A DNA stretch of 64,000 nucleotides from Patescibacteria group bacterium. GTDB lineage: Bacteria > Patescibacteriota > Minisyncoccia > UBA6257 > 2-01-FULL-56-20. This document shows, piece by piece, positions 57,587 through 64,000 of the stretch (positions are counted from its first letter, which is position 1; the number at the start of each line of letters is the position of its first letter). A program made the position numbers and the translations under genes. The stretch lies in assembly GCA_028865305.1 (NCBI GenBank), contig JAGWKM010000003.1:4820-68819 (forward strand). The letters run 5' to 3'. Under the pieces are notes generated by a model. The model had not been told where the DNA came from and ran no database searches. It worked only from the letters and a program-made list of their open reading frames with translations.

Positions 57587-57618
57587 ATTCGACGGTCGTC
57601 GAATCTAATCCTCGCTGC
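57573..57618. repeat. Perfect 22-bp-stem palindrome overlapping the thpR stop
   Basis: GCAGCGAGGATTAGATTCGACG-GT-CGTCGAATCTAATCCTCGCTGC. Confidence 0.95.
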
Positions 57619-57668
57619 CGGCCGCTTCCCGCTCTCGCTAAAATTTGTTAAACTTACAGAACTGACCT

Positions 57669-58946
57669 GTGAAAAAACGAGTCCTTGAAATCACCATCGT
57701 CGCGGTTCTTGGTGTTGCCCTCCTCGGCAGCGGTTTTTGGCTTGGCTGGACGACGGGCCGGAAATATCCGACGAATCTCGTGATCACGGGAGTAGGTTCG
57801 AGCACCTTGGCGCAGGCATCGAGCGTTGCCGATTTCAGCATCTTTTGGCAGGCCTGGCAGGATATCAACGACCTCTATCTTCGGAATCCCGATATTTCAA
57901 GCACGGCAAAGGTTTATGGCGCCGTGAATGGGTTGGTGCAGTCGCTTGGCGACCCCTACACCGAATTCTTCGCTCCGGCGGACAGCCAGCAGTTTCAGCA
58001 GAACATTCAGGGCAGCTTCGGCGGCATCGGCGCGGAGCTTGGCGGCAACCTGGCAAACGAGATTGTCATAATCGCCCCGCTCAAGGGTTCGCCGGCGGAG
58101 GCGGCCGGTTTGAAACCTGGCGACATCATCCTTGGCGTGAACGGCAGCTCGACCGCAGACATGACGGTTGACCAGGCGGTAATGTTGATCCGCGGTCCGG
58201 TCGGGCAAAAAGTGACCCTGACCATCGGCCGCACCGGCTGGAATGCTCCGAAAGATTTCACCATCACCCGCCAGACCGTCCAAGTGCCGCTCGTCGATTT
58301 TGAGATGAAAGGGGACATCGCGCATATTTCCGTCCACCAATTCGACCAGGAAACGGGGCGGCAGTTTTACAATGCCCTCGTGCAGGCGGTGAACCATAAC
58401 GCGAAGGGGATCGTGCTTGACCTCCGCGGCGATCCGGGCGGCTATCTGGAAGTCGCCGTGGAGCTCGCGGGTTATTTCCTGAAACCGGGATCGCTCGTTG
58501 TGAAGGAAGTTGGCCGCGCGGTGCCGGAGCAGGATTTTACGTCTTCCGGCAACGGGGCGCTCGCGAACCTGCCGATGGCGGTTCTGATCGACAGCGGTTC
58601 GGCTTCGGCATCGGAGATCCTTGCCGGTGCGCTGCACGATGACCGGAAAATTCCGCTTGTCGGCACAAAGAGTTTCGGGAAAGGAACGGTGCAGGAATTG
58701 GAGCAGCTTTCCGACGGTTCATCGATCAAAATAACGGTTGCGCATTGGGTCATGCCGTCCGGCCTCATAATCGACCATAAGGGCATCATGCCGGATTACG
58801 CCGTGACGCTTACCGACCAGGATATCCAGAGCAAAAATGACACGCAGCTCGCGAAGGCCCTCCAGGTAGTGCAGGCGGAAATAGACGGCAAGCCGCTGCC
58901 AACGCCGACACCTGTATCAAGCACGGCATCGTCGAGTTCATCGTAG
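57669..58946 (+). CDS. ctpA: S41 C-terminal processing protease
   Basis: LGDPYT, PDZ GIG, LDLRGDPGG, SASASEILAG, SFGKGTVQ, GIMPD. Confidence 0.92.
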   Translation: MKKRVLEITIVAVLGVALLGSGFWLGWTTGRKYPTNLVITGVGSSTLAQASSVADFSIFWQAWQDINDLYLRNPDISSTAKVYGAVNGLVQSLGDPYTEFFAPADSQQFQQNIQGSFGGIGAELGGNLANEIVIIAPLKGSPAEAAGLKPGDIILGVNGSSTADMTVDQAVMLIRGPVGQKVTLTIGRTGWNAPKDFTITRQTVQVPLVDFEMKGDIAHISVHQFDQETGRQFYNALVQAVNHNAKGIVLDLRGDPGGYLEVAVELAGYFLKPGSLVVKEVGRAVPEQDFTSSGNGALANLPMAVLIDSGSASASEILAGALHDDRKIPLVGTKSFGKGTVQELEQLSDGSSIKITVAHWVMPSGLIIDHKGIMPDYAVTLTDQDIQSKNDTQLAKALQVVQAEIDGKPLPTPTPVSSTASSSSS

Positions 58947-59007
58947 AATGTATAAAGCGGAATGTATAATGGTTTACCCCCTCTGCTTTCTACGTTATAC
59001 ATTCTGC
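58943..59007. repeat. Empty heptamer-armed hairpin element (ctpA-rplI)
   Basis: GTAGAAT GTATAAA GCGGAAT GTATAAT-GGTTTACCCC-...TTTCTAC GTTATAC ATTCTGC. Confidence 0.85.
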
Positions 59008-59018
59008 CCATAAACGAT

Positions 59019-59468
59019 ATGAAAATTATATTACTGGCAGATGTACGGAATATTGGCAAGCGCCACGAAGTCAAGGACGTCGCTGACGGTTATGCGCGGA
59101 ATTTCCTGTTCCCGAATAATTTAGCGGAGCCAGCGACGCCGGGTGCGTTGAAGAAATTGGAGACATTAAAAGCGGCGCATGATAAGGAAGAAAAAGAATT
59201 AATCGTACATTTGGAAGGGATCAAGCGGAAACTCGAGAGCACGAAAATCGAATTCGAATTAAAGGCGGATGAAAAGGGGAGCGTGTTCGGCGCGGTGAAC
59301 AAGGAGTCGATCTTGAAAGCACTTCGGGAACATGATTTCATCACGAAAGAGCGCGTGGAGATTGAGCTGAAGTATCCGATCAAGGAGTTTGGGGAACACA
59401 AGGTGAAGGTGGATCTGAAAAAAGGCGTCACAGCGGAGCTCAAAATCCTCGTGCGCGCGAAGGGATAG
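59019..59468 (+). CDS. rplI: 50S ribosomal protein L9
   Basis: [35 protein letters not shown]. Confidence 0.95.
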   Translation: MKIILLADVRNIGKRHEVKDVADGYARNFLFPNNLAEPATPGALKKLETLKAAHDKEEKELIVHLEGIKRKLESTKIEFELKADEKGSVFGAVNKESILKALREHDFITKERVEIELKYPIKEFGEHKVKVDLKKGVTAELKILVRAKG

Positions 59469-59582
59469 GGAATCGCCGGAAATAGTAAGTTCAGATCAAT
59501 GTCTATTATAGGCTTGACAAATGTAGAATAGTCATGCTATATATTTATCTAGTATTAATTTACGTCAGGAGGTTCTAAGAGT

Positions 59583-59906
59583 ATGGGAACTAAGGAGGGA
59601 GACAAGGTTCTCCGGTTCGCATTGAACGGGCACGAACTGACCGTCTACGTGAACACCGATCCCAACGAAGCAGAAAAGTGTAGCATCTGCGGCGCCGTCC
59701 CGGAGGGCGAGCAAAACGAAGTCCTCGTATTTACCTACGAAATCGCCGAAATGGATGAGGATGGTGTGCATCTTCCTCTGGAAGGCGAACTCTTCGAAGC
59801 CGTGAAATCCAAGATCGACAGCACTGGGTTTTTCGGCAAGGCGTTCTGCCTGGACTGCTACGATGAGCAGGACGACCGCTTCCATCGCGAAATCGAAAAT
59901 GACTGA
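59583..59906 (+). CDS. Acidic hypothetical protein with CxxC...CxxC
   Basis: AGGAGG SD, own promoter at 59514-59543, terminator at about 59930-59961. Confidence 0.65.
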   Translation: MGTKEGDKVLRFALNGHELTVYVNTDPNEAEKCSICGAVPEGEQNEVLVFTYEIAEMDEDGVHLPLEGELFEAVKSKIDSTGFFGKAFCLDCYDEQDDRFHREIEND

Positions 59907-60076
59907 TGGGCATATTCGAAAAACCATCGAGCGGCATCACCCTATGGGGATGCCGCTTTTTATTTCAAAAACCATTCGAGGTGCGACGACGGCCTTCGTA
60001 TTCTTTCTTTTTTTTGGCGTGGAAACGGTAACTCTGGCTTTTTCAGACGGATTACCCGGCGTGACGACCATAATTT

Positions 60077-61243
60077 TCACGCGGCCGACAGCGGTTTCAA
60101 AATGCCGCACCTGTCTTTTATTTCCGTTCCCACAGCTTCGCTGATATTCCTATAGCCGTCTTGCTTTAATAATCTCACGAGGCCTTTATTGATTCTTTTC
60201 ACGGCCATCGGGCCGCCGTAGATGAGGCCTGTTACCATTTGCACGAGCGACGCGCCGGCTTTGATCTTTTCATACGCATCTTCGGCGGTGAAAACGCCGC
60301 CGAGGCCGATCAGGGTATACTTGCCTTTTGTTTTTTCATAAATATGCCGGACGATGTTTGTCGAGAGGTCCCGCATGGGCCGGCCGGAAATGCCGCCTTC
60401 GGGAATGGCATTCAATTGTTCGGCGGACGACCTCAGGTTCAGGATGTCGCGACGTTTGGAAAGGTTCGCGACTACGAAACCGTCAATGAGTTGGATGTTC
60501 TTATTATACTTTTCAACAACAGCCAGAATATCATCCACTTCTTTTATCGTGAGATGGCTTGAGATTTTCAAAAACACCGGGCCGTATTTTTTTTCTTTCG
60601 CAATCGCGACAAGCAAGCTGTCGAGCATCCAAGGATTCTGGAACGTGCAGCCATCCGCCGCGTTTGGGCAGGAAATATTCAGCGTCACATAACTGAAATA
60701 TTGCGCAAGCTGCCGATAGGTGAGCGCATAATCCTCGACCGATTTATCGCCCTTGATGTCCGCGCGGTTCGTCTTCGCGATGTTGATGCCGATAGGGAAC
60801 GCCCGGGCATTCGCCGCCTGCTGGAAATCGGATACCGAAAGCGACTGCATTTTCCGCTCCACGGCATCCGCGCCTTCATTTTTCAAACCATAATAGACGA
60901 TGAGCGACTGGTCTTTCGGCAATCGTGCGAGCCGTTTGCCGGAATTGCCCTCGTAGGGAAGATGGGTGATGGCGCCGACCTCCATAAAGCCGAAGCCGAC
61001 CGAAGGCATGATTTTCGTCAGGTGGACTTCCTTATCGAATCCGGCGCCGAGGCCGATTGGGTTGGCAAAATGGATACCGCGGACCGTGGTTTGCAGTGCC
61101 GGATGTTCATAGCGGCAAAAAGCGGCCACCAGACGGCGTCCTAAAGAAAAATTTCCCAGCGTTTCTCCAATAGACCCGACAAAATCATGGACTTTTTCCG
61201 GGTCGAATTTAAAAAAAATCGGTTTGAGGATGGATTCATACAT
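60077..61243 (-). CDS. pyrD: Dihydroorotate dehydrogenase, quinone-dependent (class 2)
   Basis: DPEKVH, NPIGLGAGFDK, LNISCPN, GGISG.P, GLGGV, AGASLVQ. Confidence 0.9.
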   Translation of the reverse strand: MYESILKPIFFKFDPEKVHDFVGSIGETLGNFSLGRRLVAAFCRYEHPALQTTVRGIHFANPIGLGAGFDKEVHLTKIMPSVGFGFMEVGAITHLPYEGNSGKRLARLPKDQSLIVYYGLKNEGADAVERKMQSLSVSDFQQAANARAFPIGINIAKTNRADIKGDKSVEDYALTYRQLAQYFSYVTLNISCPNAADGCTFQNPWMLDSLLVAIAKEKKYGPVFLKISSHLTIKEVDDILAVVEKYNKNIQLIDGFVVANLSKRRDILNLRSSAEQLNAIPEGGISGRPMRDLSTNIVRHIYEKTKGKYTLIGLGGVFTAEDAYEKIKAGASLVQMVTGLIYGGPMAVKRINKGLVRLLKQDGYRNISEAVGTEIKDRCGILKPLSAA

Positions 61244-61577
61244 ACAATCTTATTCTAGCTTTTACTGCATTTATTTCAAATTTCATTAAATAGTCATTAA
61301 ATGAAATTTGACTTTGAATTTAGGGTCACTAACCTGGAAAATAAAGTCGAAAAATAAGCCATTTTCATATAACATGACCCTGGAAAATCTGGTTCAAATG
61401 AACCGGAAGCAATTCCTGCCGCTCGAGGATAAATGGACGATGGATTTGCAATATTAGGCAGCAAACTCGACGAATTGCTTCGTGATATAAGAGAGAAGAA
61501 TAAACGGGCGGAGAAATTGGAAGGAGCCGTATTGTAATAAAAAATCGGATGCTCCCTTTGGATATCCGAAATTTTTC

Positions 61578-61853
61578 TTACGCCATCACGCTGACTACCG
61601 TTGCCCTTCTTGGCGAGCCGTCGAATTTTGTCTTGGTTTTTGACGAAAACTTTACAATGCCATTCTTGCCGGCGTAGAGTGTGTCGTCGCCCGCGCGGAT
61701 GACATTCGCGCCCGGCAGGTATTTCGTGCCGCGCTGACGGAGGATAATCTGGCCGACGAGCGCCTTCTGGCCGTCATTGATCTTGACGCCAAGGCGCTTT
61801 GCGATGGAATCGCGGCCTAATTTTGTTGAACCGATAGCTTTAGTATGGGCCAT
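61578..61853 (-). CDS. rpmA: 50S ribosomal protein L27
   Basis: MAHTKAIGSTKLGRDS..KRLGVK, RQRGT, DDTLYA. Confidence 0.96.
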   Translation of the reverse strand: MAHTKAIGSTKLGRDSIAKRLGVKINDGQKALVGQIILRQRGTKYLPGANVIRAGDDTLYAGKNGIVKFSSKTKTKFDGSPRRATVVSVMA

Positions 61854-61858
61854 TGCGG

Positions 61859-61923
61859 GGAGAATGAAGAATGAAGAACGAAAAATGGGTAAACCATTCT
61901 GCCTTCTCCAATCTACTTTCTGC
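61859..61923. repeat. Empty heptamer-armed hairpin element upstream of rpmA
   Basis: GGAGAAT GAAGAAT GAAGAAC GAAAAAT-GGGTAAACC-ATTCTGC CTTCTCC AATCTAC TTTCTGC. Confidence 0.85.
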
Positions 61924-61961
61924 AATAATGAACCAGTCAATTCTATGCTACAATGACCTCA

Positions 61962-62705
61962 ATGTCAACTACGAACAAGCTTATTTTGGACATAGAAACC
62001 ATCGGCGAAGATTTCGATTCCCTGGACCAGGCGACCCGGGAAAACCTGACCCGGTGGATCAAAAAAGATTCGGAAAACGAAGATGAATACCAGCGGGCGC
62101 TTAAAGACCTGAAGGACGGGCTCGGTTTTTCGCCGTTGACGGGCGAGATCGTCGCGATCGGCGTGCTCGATTTCCATAAAAACGAAGGCGGCGTCTATTA
62201 TCAAGCGCCCGGACAGAAAAGTGATAGGGAGCAAGGAACAGGGAACAAGGAGTTGAAAGAAAACGGGATTATTTTCAAAGCAATGACCGAGGAGGAAATG
62301 CTTCGGAAATTTTGGGAGCTTGCGGCGCGGTACCAGGTTTTCATCACGTTCAATGGCCGCGCGTTTGACGTGCCATTTTTAATGGTCCGTTCCGCGATCC
62401 ACGGCATCCGGCCGACGAAAGACCTCATGCGCGGCCGGTATTTATATCAAAACAATCCGGAGGCGCTTCATATTGATCTTGCCGAGCAATTAAGCTTTTA
62501 TGGCGCCGTCCGCCGGAAGGGAAGCCTGCATCTCTGGTCGCGCGCGTTCGGCATAGAAAGCCCAAAGTCCGGAGGCGTGACCGGAGATGATGTAGGCCCG
62601 ATGTTCAAGAAGAAAAAGTTTCTGGAAATAGCAAAGTACAATGTGGGCGATCTGCGGGCGACGAGAGAATTGTATGCAAAGTGGGAGCAATATCTATCAT
62701 TTTGA
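61962..62705 (+). CDS. DEDD 3'-5' exonuclease (PolB exo-like/RNase H-like)
   Basis: LDIET, TFNGRAFDVPFL, HIDL, KYNVGD; TGcTACAAT 7 nt upstream. Confidence 0.85.
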   Translation: MSTTNKLILDIETIGEDFDSLDQATRENLTRWIKKDSENEDEYQRALKDLKDGLGFSPLTGEIVAIGVLDFHKNEGGVYYQAPGQKSDREQGTGNKELKENGIIFKAMTEEEMLRKFWELAARYQVFITFNGRAFDVPFLMVRSAIHGIRPTKDLMRGRYLYQNNPEALHIDLAEQLSFYGAVRRKGSLHLWSRAFGIESPKSGGVTGDDVGPMFKKKKFLEIAKYNVGDLRATRELYAKWEQYLSF

Positions 62706-62712
62706 TTGGGCG

Positions 62713-62807
62713 GAAGCGGACGCGGCATTTTGAAACCTTCTGGCAGGCATGCTGCAAATCAGGAAGGAACATGGCTGACAGTGGTTTCAAAGTGCCGCGC
62801 CCGCTTC
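62713..62807. repeat. Long imperfect inverted repeat; one arm also occurs at 60083-60111
   Basis: GCGGCATTTTGAAACC / GGTTTCAAAGTGCCGC. Confidence 0.75.
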
Positions 62808-62850
62808 TGGCCGCTACTTATTTTATTCTGTACAAAAGAAAACCCGCCTT

Positions 62851-63756
62851 TTAGGCGGATTTTCTTTGCTGCTGATGGTTCAGCGCGTTCGCTAACGGAC
62901 TGGCGGTCGCGGTCGAAGCATTCGGTGCGGGAGCGTGGTTGCTCACGAAACTGATGGTCGGTTGGACCGGAGCCACAGGAGCCGGAGCGGGCTTTTTGCT
63001 GCTCTTAGCCGATACCGCCGCCGGTTCTTCATTGCCGCCGCGTCCCCAGATAAGGATCGCAATCATCGCAAGCAGGATTACGCCGATGATGATAGCGGGC
63101 AAACGGTTGCCGCCGAAGATCGACGAGGCCACTGCCGCGCCCTGCGCCGCCGGCTGGTTTTGGGCCGGTTGCGTCAGATCCTGTACGGATGGCAAAAGCG
63201 AACCAGAATTCAGGCCTTCGGAGCCATTCCGGGCTGCCGGTGCGGCTGACGGCGAAGGGTTATTCACGGCGACAAGCGGTGCTTGGCCGGCGGATGCGGC
63301 CGGCGTTTCGTTCTGTGCCAAAGCCGAACCCGTACCGTTTTGCATGGAGATCAAAACCGCCGCGAGCGAATTCTCAATGCCGGAAAGCGATTTTGCAATC
63401 ACGGGGCCGTTCTCGGCCAGGAATTGAGGGTTGCTTTGCATGGCATTTTGCAAGCTGACGAGCGTCGTCGCGAGCGACGAAAGCGCCGCGTTGAGCGCCG
63501 CAGCATCAGCCGCGGAAATGTCCGTCGCTGCCGGTTGGGCCGCCGGAGTAATTGCCGCGGTAACCGGGGATTCCGCCGCCGCGCCCAAGTCCTGCCCCTG
63601 CTGCAGCTCGAGAAGCTGTAATTTGGCTTTCATAAGCTGCAACTGTTGCTGGAGGGTCGCTTGGTCGGCCGGCGCGGTTTGCGCATGAGCCAAAGCTATA
63701 GATCCAAAGCTCATCAATGCAAGGGAAAGGAAAATCGAAACAAGTAATTTTTTCAT
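62851..63756 (-). CDS. Secreted/membrane-anchored low-complexity protein
   Basis: Signal peptide ending AHA/Q, coiled coil, C-proximal TM. Confidence 0.75.
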   Translation of the reverse strand: MKKLLVSIFLSLALMSFGSIALAHAQTAPADQATLQQQLQLMKAKLQLLELQQGQDLGAAAESPVTAAITPAAQPAATDISAADAAALNAALSSLATTLVSLQNAMQSNPQFLAENGPVIAKSLSGIENSLAAVLISMQNGTGSALAQNETPAASAGQAPLVAVNNPSPSAAPAARNGSEGLNSGSLLPSVQDLTQPAQNQPAAQGAAVASSIFGGNRLPAIIIGVILLAMIAILIWGRGGNEEPAAVSAKSSKKPAPAPVAPVQPTISFVSNHAPAPNASTATASPLANALNHQQQRKSA

Positions 63757-63805
63757 GGATGTTGGTAAAGTTTAATTGCAAGGAGGCTTATACCCGGACG
63801 AAGAT

Positions 63806-63908
63806 AATGTCTAATGGCAAATGGCTAACGAATGTTCCAATGGTGGAAATGTCCGATATCAGACATTTAAGCATTTTTTCCGTTCGTTAGGCATGGGACA
63901 TTTTTCAT
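63806..63908. repeat. Divergent relative of the AT-rich armed family (A7)
   Basis: AATGTCT AATGGCA AATGGCT AACGAATG...TTCGTT AGGCATG GGACATT TTTCATT. Confidence 0.6.
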
Positions 63909-64000
63909 TCTCTCCGCGCGGGTACAAGCCTCTGACGGCCTTTCAAAAATTTGGCTGTCAAAGAGCTCTGGATGTAATTGTTAAGTCGGCTAATTCCAGT

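Noticed and set aside
1..64000. Alternative genetic code (UGA read as Gly)
   Set aside because: Conserved genes end properly at TGA (rplY, gap, uvrC) and none needs TGA readthrough.

Overview
64-kb window of a bacterial chromosome read with the standard code. Gene content and architecture point to a Patescibacteria/CPR (Parcubacteria-like) organism (inference): compact aspS, uvrC and prfA, type IV pilus genes, many secreted orphans and apparently leaderless genes. Housekeeping genes (tsaC, rplY, zwf-gnd fusion, murD, gap, rpiB, aspS, ndk, prfA, uvrA, uvrC, ctpA, rplI, pyrD, rpmA) alternate with envelope, pilus and ABC genes, a Panacea-type TA pair and orphan islets. The main unexplained signal is a dispersed family of 7-bp-period repeat elements. 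A purine-rich arm (GGAGAAT-like)n and an inverted pyrimidine-rich arm (ATTCTCC-like)n enclose a short GGGTTAACCC-like core. They occur empty at many gene junctions, filled with a four-helix-bundle (IVS/S23, Avd-like) gene twice, and as in-frame insertions in conserved enzymes (Zwf-Gnd, MurD, UvrA, UvrC, a GT-C glycosyltransferase). A second, ~150-bp AT-rich family with heptamer arms punctuates pilus and ABC-exporter operons. Several small palindrome families also enter coding sequence. An Asp T-box with a very short Stem I and a transcriptional terminator precedes aspS. No rRNA, tRNA, CRISPR array, transposase, integrase or reverse transcriptase was recognised. All calls were made by eye, with no database searches.
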